A DNA stretch of 64,000 nt from Mobula hypostoma (taxonomy: Eukaryota): the NCBI RefSeq assembly GCF_963921235.1, contig NC_086108.1, positions 19,468,001-19,532,000 of the forward strand, read 5' to 3'. Every line of letters begins with the position of its first letter. Position 1 is the first letter of the stretch. Below the pieces are notes generated by a model. That model saw only the letters and a list, made by a program, of their open reading frames with translations, was not told the origin of the DNA and searched no databases. The position numbers and the translations under genes are program-made. Of this stretch, positions 13,139-25,572 are shown in pieces.

Positions 13139-14024
13139 TGTGACGAGAATACACATAAATTAAGATGTTTGCTGGCCTGGGCTTGCACCAGTGGCATCAG
13201 CAGTGGTCTGCCACCTGTCCTCAGGGGAAGGAGAGATAAGGAACAATGAAGCAGCATCTGGAGATGTGTAATGAAGGGACGGGAGAGAGAGCTGTCTGGA
13301 GCGGCTCCCCCTTTGAACCCTGAACTATTTGAAGTGATGGACAGGCGATACCCCAGCAGGGGGATAAAAAGGGACAGGTTCACTAAGGCAGGACACACAC
13401 ACGACACCCGAGGTGACGAGACCCTGGAAGCGGTGCGCCTCTCACGAGTCGGTGGGAAGTACCGGACCTTAAACGCACAGGGTGGAAAGGTACGATCAGC
13501 GGGAACCCGGTGTGTGTCCACCCTCACTTGGGTGCCGGGTTCACTGCAGAAAATCGACCGCATCTGGAGGAGGGGTCACAGTCAGTGACCTCAGGTGACA
13601 TCACCAAGGACCCACCCGAAAGCTGCTTGTGAGCAATATCGCCGGTCTGTGAGTGGAAGCCGTTTCTGAATGCTCAGTCGTTCTCGTTCTCTCTCTCCCC
13701 CCCCCCACGTTGTCCATCGCCATGGCAACGATTACTGCGAACTGAACTATTAAATCGAACTGGACTTTTGTGTCACTTTGAAATTGGTCATTTACATACA
13801 TAAAGACATAAATTGGTCATAGACAACGATAGAGCTTGACTGATGCTGTTATCTTAATTCTGTGCACATGTGTGGTTATCATTGCTGAACTGTTGCATTT
13901 ATTATCCTTTCGATTACCGTGTTGCTTGTTTCTTTAATAAAACTTTCTTAGTTCTGGTAATCCAGACTCCAACTGAGTGATCCATTTCTGCTGGTTTGGC
14001 AACCCAGTTACGGGGTACGTAACA
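13139..14024 (+). repeat. 5' LTR (886 bp)
   Basis: tgtgacgagaatac...ggtacgtaaca, with an aataaa signal near 13936. Near-identical to 17315-18291. Confidence 0.93.
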
Positions 14025-14028
14025 TAAG

Positions 14029-14047
14029 TGGGGTTCTCGTCCGCAAT
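14029..14047 (+). promoter_or_regulatory. Primer-binding site, degenerate tRNA-Pro type
   Basis: tggggttctcgtccgcaat just after the 5' LTR, compared with canonical TGGGGGCTCGTCCGGGAT. Confidence 0.65.
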
Positions 14048-14123
14048 TTTGAACGCTAAATTTGGGATGGAGTAAATTGATTGGGTTAAAATTCCCGAAA
14101 GAAAGAAAAGACAAACAGTAGAA

Positions 14124-17100
14124 ATGGAGGCTGAGGAATTTATAAAGGCGCCGACCTTGGAGGCATCAGAGGATGCCAGGAAATCGGAATTGGTAGCTGT
14201 GGCCAAACGGTTGAATCTTGCTAAGGTGAAGTCGACAATGAGGAGAGAGGAGATACACAGAGCTATTGTAGAGCACTATGTATCTAAAGGTGTGTTTCCC
14301 CAAGGCGAGCTGGGGGTGGTGTCTATTGAAAAACCTGCTGGAGACGCAGTACAGGTGCAGTTTGAAAAACTGAGACTCGAGCACGAGTTCCGGGTACGGC
14401 AGTTGGAGCGAGAAGAGAAGGAGAGGGACAGACAGTTACAGCAAGAAGAGCAGGAGAGAGAGTTAGAAAGGCAAGAGAGAGAGAGAGAGAGAGAGAGACA
14501 GTTGGAGAGAGAAGAGAAAGAGAGAAAGAGACAGCTGGAGAGAGAAGAGAAAGAGAGAGAGAGAGAGACAGTTGGAGAGAGAAGAGAGAGAGAGAGAGAG
14601 ACAGTTGGAGAGAGAGGAGAAACAGAGGGAAAGGGAATTCGAATTGGAGAAGTTAAGGTTAAGGGCAGAGCAGGGACTCGTGCCGACCCAAGGTGGAGGG
14701 TTCCAGGCGACCCAGGAGGTTAGGCTGGTTCCCCATTTGACGATACCGACATGGATCGGTACTTCCTCCATTTCTAAAAAGTGGCCATAAGTCAGGACTG
14801 GCTGAGGGATAAGTGGGCTGTGTTACTTCAGAGTGTACTGAAAGGGAAAGCCCAAGAAGCTTACTCCGCTTTGTCCGCGGAAGATGCCCAGAGGTATGAG
14901 GTGGTGAAAGAGGCCATCCTCAGGATCTATGAGTTGGTCCCGGAGGCATACCGGCAGAGGTTCTGGAATGCGAGGAAGCAGTGGGACCGCACGTATTTAG
15001 AGTTTGCTCGTGAGATGCAGACATATTGTGAGCGTTGGTGCGCCTCGAAGGGGGTAGATGGGGATTATGACAGACTGCTACAGCTGATCCTGATTGAGCA
15101 GTTTAAAGGTTGTGTCCCTGAGGGTATGAGACCCTACCTCGATGAGAAAGAGGCAGCCACATTAGCCGCAACTGCTAAGTTAGCGGATGAGTATGCGTTG
15201 ACGCATAAAATGAAGTTTGCCCCGAGTAAATGCTACCAGAAGGGTAGTCAGGACGGCGGGGAGAGTCCGCCGGAAAAGTCAGAAAGTAAGCCGGGGACTA
15301 GTGAAAAGGATAAGGTAGACCGGGAGCAGTCTGGTAGGAAGTCTCCTGGGATCGTCTGTTATAATTGCGGGAAAGTCGGACACTTTGTGTCCAGGTGCTT
15401 TGTCCCAAGGAAGGAGACGGGGAAAGGAAAAACGGGGGTTCTGAATGGCTGTATCGAGCTGTTAAGCGAACCGCTAGGGAAGGACAGGTCTGCCAAAGTT
15501 CAGGAAGGGCGCGAGAGGTTTATCTCGGCCGGATTGGTGTCAGTGAAGGAGGGGTTTAAACCAGTTCCAGTGCGGATCTGGAGAGACACGGGAGCGTGTC
15601 AGTCACTAATACTGAAGAGTGTATTAGTGTTTAGCTCAGAGACCCAGACTGGGGAGGTAGAGGTCAAACGTGTTGGGGAAGGGACAGAGTCAGTCCCTTT
15701 GCACCAGATACACTTAAAGCAACCTGGTCTCTGGACTAGTCACGATCGGGCTGAGGTCCGAATTACCGATGAAAGGCGTGGAAGTCTTGCTCGGTAATGA
15801 CCTCGCCGGGGGAATCGTGTTCCCAATGGTGAGACTGACAGGTCAGCCTGCCAGCAGTGAGGCCCCGTCCACGGACTCACAGGTTCATCATGGGGCTGCG
15901 GTAGTGAATTTAGCTGTGGTGGTAAATTTAGCTGAAACGTTTCTGCCAGTCTTGTACGAGAAGGGGGTAGAAAGTGAAAAGAAGGAGTGTAGTGAAACAA
16001 GAGGTAGTGAGGGAGCTGGGACGGACGTAGCAGTAGCCAGGAGAGAATTTGTGCAGGCGCAGGAGCGAGACGAGGGGCTGATGGTTTTGGCAGAGACAGC
16101 TCTCTCTGACACAGCCTTGACAAGGGAACTAGTAGGCTATTGTGTGGAGGAGGAAGTGCTAAGGAAAAAAGGGAAATCAAGTACTGTGCCCGCAGATGAG
16201 GAATGGGGGGTGGTGCAAAAGAGTTATGGGGATGAGGTTTTTAACATGGCCCACAAGGTACCCCCCGGTGGACATTTTGCGGTGCTGGAGGAAACAGTTG
16301 GTGGAATCATGAAAGAAGTTTACCGGCTGCCCAGGGGGAAGAATGTTGTTGATCATGACCGACGCGAACTGAGACGGTCACCGGCTTTTGATATGCTAAC
16401 AAACCTAGTCGGTGTTAGCGTGGAAATCAATGAAGCTAGGGGTCCCCTGGTAAGAGAAAAAAACCATTTTGAAAAGATTAGTATGGGATCGATCAGATGC
16501 GAGAAGGCTATTGTTTTGGCCAGGTCTACTGATAAGGTCTCTCCCTTAATCCCCGAACAAAGCGGCTCTTTAGAAGTAATTAAACAACTCGCACCCGCGT
16601 GTTTGATTGTCCCGAGGCGATGCAAAGAACTGGGACGTTGGGTGATGTCTGTTACAATAGGTCAGCCTAGCAAACAACATCCATATATAATGAGTAATTC
16701 AGTGACTATAGGGCTGATGAACACAGAGGTGTGTATTCGCAATTTAATACGGCTGTCTGAAGCCAGCTTGATAGTGAACCTTGAAAAAAATGAATTCGAG
16801 GGTCACTTACCTGGGAATCGTGGTGACACAGGGGCAGCTGGCAGCGATGCAAGCTACAGTGCAGGCTATCGCTGAACTCCCAACCCCGACAGACAAGAGG
16901 GCCCTCAGAAGGCTCTTGGAGATGGTGGGGTACTGTAGGAAGTTTTGCAATAACTCTGCGGTCACTACCCCTCCCCCTCCTACTACGCCCTTGCGAGAGA
17001 AAACTGAGTCGGAATGGGACGACCCTTGTTATTGTGGTCCGGGACGAAACCAAATGAAAGGTTACATTGATCGCAATTCATCAGTGTTTTTGGCCACTAT

Positions 17101-17192
17101 GAAGTTTGCTGAGTTGGAGCCTGGTCTAAGGGATTATTAATAACACCTATAAAAGGAACAGAAAATGTGATGACTGTCTGTCAAGGTGTTGA
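14124..17192 (+). pseudogene. Disrupted gag-pol: coiled coil, SCAN-like capsid, CCHC knuckle, protease, integrase-zinc remnant, RT C-terminus, RNase H end
   Basis: WAVLLQSVLKGKAQEAY...YELVPEAYRQRF; CYNCGKVGHFVSRC; RDTGA...LLGNDL; MAHKVPPGGHF; VTYLGIVV...LRRLLEMVGYCRKF; IKGTENV..DCLSRC. Several frameshifts, including within a (GA)n-rich tract at about 14460-14630. Confidence 0.85.
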
Positions 17193-17301
17193 CAACTTCA
17201 AACTCACTGTGTTAGCCAAATAGCTGATAAAGATGTATATTTGTGTGTGTATCAACTAATGTATTCATGTTTGTAATTTTTACCTTCCGGTAAAAATCCT
17301 T

Positions 17302-17314
17302 AAAGGGGGGGAAG
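17302..17314 (+). promoter_or_regulatory. Polypurine tract
   Basis: aaagggggggaag immediately before the 3' LTR. Confidence 0.85.
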
Positions 17315-18291
17315 TGTGACGAGAATACACATAAATTAAGATGTTTGCTGGCCTGGGCTTGCACCAGTGGCATCAGCAGTGGTCTGCCACCTGTCCTCAG
17401 GGGAAGGAGAGATAAGGAACAATGAAGCAGCATCTGGAGATGTGTAATGAAGGGATGGGAGAGAGAGCTGTCTGGAGCAGCTCCCCCTTTGAACCCTGAA
17501 CTGTTTGAAATGATGGACAGGCGATCTGGAGATGTGTAATGAAGGGACGGGAGAGAGAGCTGTCTGGAGCGGCTCCCCCTTTGAACCCTGAACTGTTTGA
17601 AGTGATGGACAGGTGACACCCCAGCAGGGGGATAAAAAGGGACAGGTTCGCTAAGGCAGGACACACACACGACACCCGAGGTAACGAGACCCTGGAAGCG
17701 GTGCGCCTCTCACGAGTCGGTGGGAAGTACTGGACCTTAAACGCACAGGGTGGAAAGGTACGATCAGCAGGAACCCGGTGTGTATCCACCCTCGCCTGGG
17801 TGCCGGGTTCACTGCAGAGGATCGACCGCATCTGGAGGAGGGGTCACAGTCGGTGACCTCAGGTGACATCACAAAGGACCCACCCGAAAGCTGCTTGTGA
17901 GCAATATCGCAGGTCTGTGAGTGGAAGCCGTTCCAAATGATCAGTCGTTCTCGTTCTCTCTCTCCCTCCCCCCACGTTGTCCATCGCCATGGCAACGATT
18001 ACTGCGAACTGAACTATTAAATCGAACTGGACTTTTGTGTCACTTTGAAATTGGTCATTTACATACATAAAGACATAAATTGGTCATAGACAACGATAGA
18101 GCTTGATTGATGCTGTTATCTTAATTCTGTGCACATGTGTGTTTATCATTGCTGAACTGTTGCATTTATTATCCTTTCGATTACCGTGTTGCTTGTTTCT
18201 TTAATAAAACTTTCTTAGTTCTAGTAATCCAGACTCCAACTGAGTGATCCATTTCTGCTGGTTTGGCAACCCAGTTACGGGGTACGTAACA
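17315..18291 (+). repeat. 3' LTR (977 bp, includes a 92-bp tandem duplication)
   Basis: Same termini as the 5' LTR. Units at 17432-17523 and 17524-17615. Confidence 0.93.
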
Positions 18292-19662
18292 ATAGGGACT
18301 GGACATCCATGGTGAAAATAAAGCGGTGGGGGCCAGGGAACTTAAAATCATCGAAAAGTTTAAGAGCATGAGAAGTGTCACGAACATAGGTAGGAAGGGA
18401 TTGAACAAGGGGGGATAAAACCGTGTCGAGGTATGCAGAAACAAGTTCGGTGGGGCAGGAGCAAGCTGAGACAATAGGTCGGCCAGGACAGGCAGGTTTG
18501 TGGATCTTGGGTAGGAGGTAGAAACGGGAAGTGCGAGGTATGGGAACTATAAGGTTAGTAGCAGTGGATGGGAGATCCCCTGAGCGGATAAAGTCGGTGA
18601 TGGTGTGGGAGACAATGGCCTGGTGCTCCTTAGTGGGGTCACGATCGAGGGGTAAATAAGAGGAGGTATCCGCGAGTTGTCGCTGTGCCTCGGCAAGGTA
18701 GAGGTCAGTACGCTAGACTACAACAGTACCCCCCTTATCGGCGGGTTTAATAATAAGGTTAGGATTAGTGCGGAGGGAGTGGAGAGCAGAGCGTTCCGAA
18801 GGAGTGAGGTTGGAATGGGAACAAGGTGCGGTAAAGTCGAGACGGTTGATGTCCCGTCGGCAGTTAGCAATAAAGAGATCCAGAGCAGGCAGAAGACCAG
18901 AGCGGGGTGTCCATGAAGAAGAGGAGGGTTGAAGACGGGAGAAGGGGTCATCGGTGGGGGTGGAAGAGTCCTTGCCGAAGAAGTAGGCTTGGAGACGGAG
19001 ACGGCGGAAGAAAAGTTCCGCATCGTGGCGAACACGGAACTCGCTGAGGTGTGGGCGAAGGAGGACAAAGGTGAGGCCCTTACTGAGAACAGAGCGTTCT
19101 GCCTCCGACAGTTGAAGGTCGGAGGGGATGGTAAAGACCCGGCACGGATGAGAGCTGGGATCAGAGGGGGGAGGGGGGAGGCTGGGTGTGTCAATGGAGA
19201 GGGGAGGGTTGGGGTGAGAGGAAGATGGAGCCTCTGAGGGCCCAGGAGCTGACGGTGGGATCTGAGGGAGACGGGATTGCAGAGTATTGGTGGGGGAAGG
19301 GGAGACGGGAGTCACAACAGCAGCACATAAAGACCCGGCCTGGAGTTCAAGGCTGGAGTCGCAGTTGGTGGTTGCGCAATTCAAGGCTGGAGTCGCAGTT
19401 GCGTTGTTATTGCGTTTTGAAAGGGTACGTAGGTTTAGGGCATATTTGCAGGATGGTTTGAGTGCTTACAAAGAACTGTATGATAGAAAAATGCACGAGG
19501 CTAAGCAGTCTAGCATACTGTTGTTTTTCAAGGCTTCCACATCAGCCAAAGCAGACGACCGATCTCGACCTTCAACATCGAGGCAGGCAGATATAGAAGA
19601 AGATGACCTACCTGCCCTAATGGAAACAGACGACGATGAGATGACACCCCAGTGTCCCACCA

Positions 19663-19990
19663 CCCCAACCCCCGAGCTGCAGACCAATACATTGCCGCAG
19701 AGAATGCAGCGGTAGCTGGGACGCACCCAACACATCTTTAAGAAAAAAGCCGAAATAAACATGCTAATTAATTAGGTGCCGCCCGGCACGTAAATATCAG
19801 CCCAGATCAGAAGTGATTGCCGATTGCGTCACCTCTGATCTGGGCCAACATTTACATGCCAGGCAGCACCTAATTAGTTAGCTTGTTTATTTTGGATTTT
19901 TTTCTTAAAGATGTGCTGGGTGCATCCCGGCTACCACCGCATTCTCCGCGAATCGGTATCGGTGCGCTGCCTGGAGGTTGGGGACCACTG
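19663..19990. mobile_element. hAT-type foldback MITE (about 330-bp imperfect palindrome) inside Tigger copy 1
   Basis: Right end ggttggggaccactg is the reverse complement of CAGTGGTCCCCAACC. Arms are complementary around a loop at about 19816-19828. Confidence 0.75.
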
Positions 19991-21090
19991 CTCCACCCCA
20001 ACCTCCGACAACTCAGCCTAACACACCATCATCAGTGTGCTCAGCGCTGACTTCTTGATGCCAGTAAGTGATACTACACTGTACATACATTATTTCTACT
20101 TTATATAGGCTGTGTATTTATCATATCATTCCTGCTTTTACTATATGTTACTGTTATTTTAGGTTTTATGTGTTATATGGCATGATTTGGTAAGTTATTT
20201 TTTGGGTCTGCGAACGCTCACAAATTTTTCCCATATAAATAAATGGTAATTGCTTCTTCACTTTACAACATTCCGGCTTATGAACCATTTCATAGGAACG
20301 CTCTACCTTCGGATGGCGGGGGAAACAGAACAATTGAGAGGGGAGACAGTAAAATGACGCAGGAGGTAAAACTGGAAGTCACCAGCAAACATGAGCACTT
20401 CTCAGATGTGAATTGGGACAGCATGCAGAACAAAACCAGGAAGAGTCTTGGGCAGATTCTCAGGAGACATTGGGGTCAGCATGCATGAGCTGAAAGAGAA
20501 TTGATCCTTTGCTACAACAGTCAATAAAGAGAGTTAGACAAGTGCAGCTAGAGAAGGCAGAAGAATGGAATGGTAAATTGTGTAAAGTGGTGGTACAGGC
20601 AAGTTGAGAAACATAAAATGATCTTTCTCACTATCATATATTCAATCAGAGTCATTTTAGTACCATAGCAGAGTGAAACATCTGAGTAGAGTAAGAAAAC
20701 GAAAATGTAACTAATTGGTATGAATTGCAGAGGTGACACCTGATGAAAGGAAAGGAGAAGCTATAATTTACAAGGTCATAATACTCAAGGAATAACTTTG
20801 GAGGATAGGAATAACAATAGCAAATTTGAAGAAAAACAGGAGTGTCCTATAAGGCAGGACCTTTAACAATATCAGATAACTGGGGGGACACCGGAAGCTG
20901 GCTGGCCACTGATGTTAAGAGCACGGGAGACAAGGTGATGATTTCAGAAAGGCCATTGGGAGATGAGAGAAGGAAGCAGAAGCAAGAAAAATGCAAGCTT
21001 CATGACTGGGCAAGCCAACAAAGATTAACCCAGCAGAGATTATTGACAAGGGTGGAAAAATTTAGGAAGAAAGGCATTATTAGCTATTAA

Positions 21091-21753
21091 GATAGATAGA
21101 TAGATAGATAGATAGATATACTTTATTAATCCCGAGGAAAATTTGGTTTCGTTACAGCCGCACCAACCAAGAATAGAGCGTAAGTATAGCAATACAAAAA
21201 ACCCCAACAGTCAAACAACAAAATGCAAAACTATGCCAGATGGAAAATAAGTCCAGGACCAGTCTATTGGCTCAGGGTGTCTGACCCTCCACGGGAGGAG
21301 CTGCACGTTCGATGGCCACAGGCAGGAACGACCTCCCGTGCCGCCAAGTGTTGTATCACGGTGGAATGCGGCCGAAGTCCAACAGTAAAAAGGTCAATAT
21401 CCAGTTTGCAAACACGTTCCTCGATCGTAATATACCCCGGATTGCACCATCCGTTGTTAGCCAGATCAGTAAGCACCCCAATCCTTCACGCTCTCGGTGC
21501 ACTTCCGGTCAGCCAGAACGGTATTACCCACCGAACTCCTCTTCTCCAAAAGTCTCTGTTGTCTCGACCCGGTCCTCTTTCCTCGGCTTTGTGATCCCCC
21601 TCTACATCCTCTGTGTGTTTTCCTCCTGATTTCAGCAGGGGTGTCTGCCGCTCTGTTCGTTAAGCCGGCCTGAATTTGCTGGTCCGTGGAATACACAATG
21701 CGACCTTGCTTCTGTCCCGCGTGTCGGGATGTAACCATCTCCAGCGCTAAAGA
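21091..21753 (-). mobile_element. Short, multiply internally deleted Rex1/Babar derivative with (TATC)n tail
   Basis: ORF N-terminus (IVYSTDQ...EIRRKTHRGCRGG), an endonuclease piece (TVLADRKCTES...NNGWCNPGYITIEERVC..DIDLFTVGLRP) and the C-terminus/3' UTR (GGSDTLS, shared with 53100-53350) are joined within about 660 bp. Confidence 0.75.
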
Positions 21754-22589
21754 AAACCCAAACCCATAAGCAGGTTTATGGATGCAAGTGCGCTGGAAGC
21801 ACTTGTGATGACACTGGAAAATGTCATTCAGCTCAATTCAAGCCCATTCTAGCTCCAAGCAAAAGTGTCTCATTGTCTCTCTCCCCTTGTGTTGCTATAG
21901 TCCTACCATTTATTCTGCACTGCCTATTGCCTATTCCGTCATTCTTTTGTCACAAGCCCACTTGAGTGGCAATTCAAAGCAGCTAATTAACCCATCTGCA
22001 CCTCTTGGAGGAAGCTGGATTCAGAGGATACCGCAGTAACAGGGCAGAAAATCCAAATGTCACACAGAGTGCAGCCAAGATTGACACTGAAACCAGGTCA
22101 CTGGGGCTGAGGCAGCAACACTTTAACTGGTGCACTACCATACCAAAAGAGAGTGGTAGTAGCTGACAAAACAAGTCCACAGGATGAGGTGAAGTGGACA
22201 GGAAGGAAACATCATCTGCCGGTCCCTAACTTCATTTCCTCCCTTCATGTCACACTAACTTGCAGCAACTTCCCACAAGCATTATCTATTCACCCCAACA
22301 CGAAGTAATTTTAAAAATTATTCCACCAATTAAATTTCATCAAGGATTAAAATTCTGAATCACAAAGGAGGTGGCATGTTTCTCACAGAAAACACAAAAA
22401 AAAACAGGTCAGACACCAACGCAGTTTTGCTGTTGCTGACTGACTCGTGCAACTTGCCGATCAACTTCACCTGCTTTAATAATCTTTTTGTCATGAAAAT
22501 CAAAGCAAAACTAAAATGGAAAAAAATCCAAAGAATTAAATAATCACTCATTAAGTGGCACATCAGGATTTTCAGAAGGTCTTCAATGA

Positions 22590-23730
22590 AGTCGCAAATA
22601 AAAGCTGATTGCTTGAAATTAAATCACATGCTATTGGGGTTAATCTGGCAAAGAGAATCAAAATGGGTCAACAGACAGGAAGCAAGGAGTAGGAATAATT
22701 CCAACTTCTCTGGGGTGACTGCCAGTAACTGATGGGATAATGATCAGTGCTAGAGCAGCAGTTTACAGTCCATGTTAATGAGTTCAATGAGAAAACCGAA
22801 CTTAATATTTTTACATTTGACGATGATCCAGCTTCAATGCAACTCAGGCAAATTGATGGGGAAATGTAGGACAGATACAATACAATGTGGATAAACGTGA
22901 AGGAATCCATTTTGGTCAGAAAAATGAAAAGGCAGAACAATATTCACGTGGGAACAAATTTAGGAATATTGATGTTGATAGAATATGGGTTTCCTGATAC
23001 ACCAGTCACTGGTGTACAAGGAACCATCCAAATAGTTAACAAGGCACATGACATGCTGGCCTTCACTGTGTGAAGTTCTGAACACAGGAACGAGGACAAC
23101 TGAAGTCAGTTGTACACAGCCATGGTGAGAGCACAGCTGGGGTACCGTGTGCAGATGTGGTCTCTTTCCCGAGGAAAGGATACAATTGAACATGTGTAGT
23201 AGCAGTAATCATGTCATCATTGTTCTTTCTCTTCAACCTCAACATCAAAAATGGTTTGTTTCCACTTGTGCTCTATGTTTAGGCAGTTTATGTGAACAAC
23301 AGGAGCTACCCAATTGGGCTGAAGGAGTGTCAATAGAACTTTATTGCTCAGGATGTCAGTCTGGCAGAAGACACCAGTTCAAAAGCAAGTACAACACTAC
23401 ACCGATTCCTGTTTAGCCATGTGAGACAACATTGGGCAAATCAGGCCTGTATTTATTTAAGTTTGGAAGACAGATTAGATTGGATTGAAAAATACAAATT
23501 ACTGACAAAGCTCAGTAGGCTGAAGATCAAGGAAATATTTTCCTTGGCTTGGTCTTGAACCAGGAATCATGGTATCAGGAAATGGAGCAAGACAAGTAAA
23601 ACTGCCTGAAGGAGAATGTTTTGTCCCTTGCAAAGGGTAATAAATTGAAAATTGATACCACAGAAAGCTAAGTCACTGAATAAATTTAAGATGGAAATAC
23701 ATTTCTGGACATAGAAGGCATCAGGTAATG
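22590..23730 (+). mobile_element. Highly degraded CR1-like RT and 3' fragments
   Basis: Remnants such as acatttgacgatgat (FADD-like) and gttgtacacagccatggtgagagcacagctggggtac resemble the intact CR1 at 47988-49495. Confidence 0.5.
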
Positions 23731-23819
23731 GGGAGGGGGAGACTGGATTATGATTTAGAGGAGATTAACATCAATTACAGTAAAAAAAATAAGTAGAATG
23801 TAAAATGTCAGAAGAAAAG

Positions 23820-24410
23820 CTGGTCTTTGACTTCGGGGAGGGGGCACATGTGCATATCTACATCAGCATTGTGGAGGTAAGGAGGGATAAGACCTTCAAG
23901 TCCCTGGGAATGAACTTCATTAACAGCCTGACCTAGTCCCATGGTCAAGAATGTTCACCAATACCTATTACTTCTTCAGGAGGCCAAAGAAATTTGGAAT
24001 GTCCCCGTCAACCTTTACCAGTTTTCAGTCTATGCATCAGAGAAAGCATTTTACCTGCATGCATAATGACTTGGTACAGCAAGTATTCTGCATGCAACAC
24101 GGCAAGAAACAGCAGAGAGTTGAGGACACAGCTCAGCACAGCACCGAAACCAGCCTCCACTCTATGGACTCTGTCTGTACTTCTCACTGCCTCAGTAAAT
24201 GATCAAGGACCACACGCATCCTGGACATAGTCTTCTCTCCTCTTCCATCGGGCAAAACATAGAAAAGCCAGAGAGCCAGCAGGTTCAAGCACAGCTTCTA
24301 TCCAGCTGATCTCTATTAAATAGTTCCCTTCTACAATAAGATGAACTCTTAACCTCACAGTCTGTCTTACACTATTTTTTACCTGAATTTTTCTGTACCT
24401 GATAACACTA
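23820..24410 (+). mobile_element. Rex1/Babar-like 3' fragment (tail resumes at about 28172-28295)
   Basis: YYFFRRPKKFGMSP...CIRESILPACIMTWY remnants. Confidence 0.65.
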
Positions 24411-25572
24411 TACAGGTTTCCCCCGCTATCCAAAGGTAGAGCGTTCCTATGAAACGGTTCGTAAGCCGGAATGTCGTAAAATGAATAAGCAATTACCATT
24501 TATTAATATGGAAAAAATATTTGAGTGTTCTCAGACCCAAAAAAACCTACAAAATCATGCCAAATAACACATAAGACCTAAAATAACAGTAACATATAGT
24601 AAAAGCAGGAATGATATGATAAATACACAGTCTAAATAAAGTAGAAAACTTTTCTGCAGCACTATCTAGTGCAGCAAAAATCTTGCAGAAGCGCTCTCAG
24701 CAGAACCACTCTCTCCAGTAACCTTTAAGCTATGAAGCTGCCAAATCGTACCAGATAACACATAAAAATACACAGCCTATATAAAGTAGAAATAATGTGT
24801 GTACAGTGTAGTTTCACTTACCGGAATCTGGAAGACGCCAATAAATTGCAGTTTCGTCACAGTTAAACACTTGCTTATATGAATACGCACCTGACGCAAT
24901 CGACAATCGTCTCTGATCTGGGCCGACATTTACGTGCCAGGCGGCACCTAATTAATTAGCTTGTTTATTTCGGCTTTTTTCTTAAAAATGTGCTATGTGC
25001 CTTCCGACCACAGCTGCACCACTGCATTCTGCACGGCAATGTATTGGTCCGTGGCCGGGAGGTTGAGGACCACTACTTAAACTACGAAGCTGCCCTCGCC
25101 TCAGAAACCGATCAAACCATCCATGACTACCTTTAAATTCCACTTTCGCAACACTTTCATCACCATCATCCAGTGCTTTCTGTTTCAGCTTATTAAAAAG
25201 ATTGCCTGATTTCTCCTTAAGTATAAAAAAACTTAACGGAACACCATGCTTTATACACCTACCAATCCACTCAAGCAGTAGACTTTCCATTTTATCCGTT
25301 ATTGGATGCCGACTAAGACCACTTTGCTACGAGCAGAACCAAAAGTAACATTGGCAGCTTTCAAAATTCTTTCTCTCTGCGTATAAATAGTGCGAATGGT
25401 GGACGCAAGCAAGTTCAAAGCGCGGACGATGTCCTTACTTTGTTCACCAAGATCGAAACGCTTAACTATGTCTAGCTTTACGCTAAGTGTAACACCCTTA
25501 CGAGCTCTTTTAGGCTTTTCCGATACCTTAGAACTCATCTTGCTAATGGATGCACAAAATAAATCGAGATAA

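Larger units (their letters stand above)
13139..18291 (+). mobile_element. Gmr1-like Gypsy LTR retrotransposon, internally deleted and non-autonomous, both LTRs present, 4-bp TSD ATAG
   Basis: TG..CA LTRs, PBS, PPT. TSD at 13135-13138 and 18292-18295. Removing the element restores the PLE sequence ggaagtatatagggactgg seen intact near 27290. Confidence 0.93.
11406..19414 (-). mobile_element. Penelope-like element (Neptune-type RT plus C-terminal GIY-YIG), 5'-truncated, interrupted by a Gypsy element
   Basis: Motifs IKPADKG, AMGTRMGPSYA, FLDL, Cys-rich linker CKRNKCYTC, VIYCIRCSRCGLLYIGET. 11-bp TSD ttttgaaaggg at 11395-11405 and 19415-19425. Frameshifts and stops present. Confidence 0.92.
11131..20326 (+). 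mobile_element. Tigger/pogo-like DNA transposon derivative, copy 1 (5'-truncated; host of PLE and Gypsy insertions)
   Basis: The transposase C-terminus VDEDDVEEVLASHDQEL...NLNFER|VRRFRAYL...KQSSILLFFK rejoins across the PLE. The 3' terminus gctctaccttcggatggcgggggaaac is shared with copies 2 and 3. Confidence 0.8.

Noticed and set aside
14781..15300. Host SCAN-domain (ZSCAN) gene
   Set aside because: Lies inside the gag of an LTR element with LTRs, PBS and PPT; no C2H2 array.
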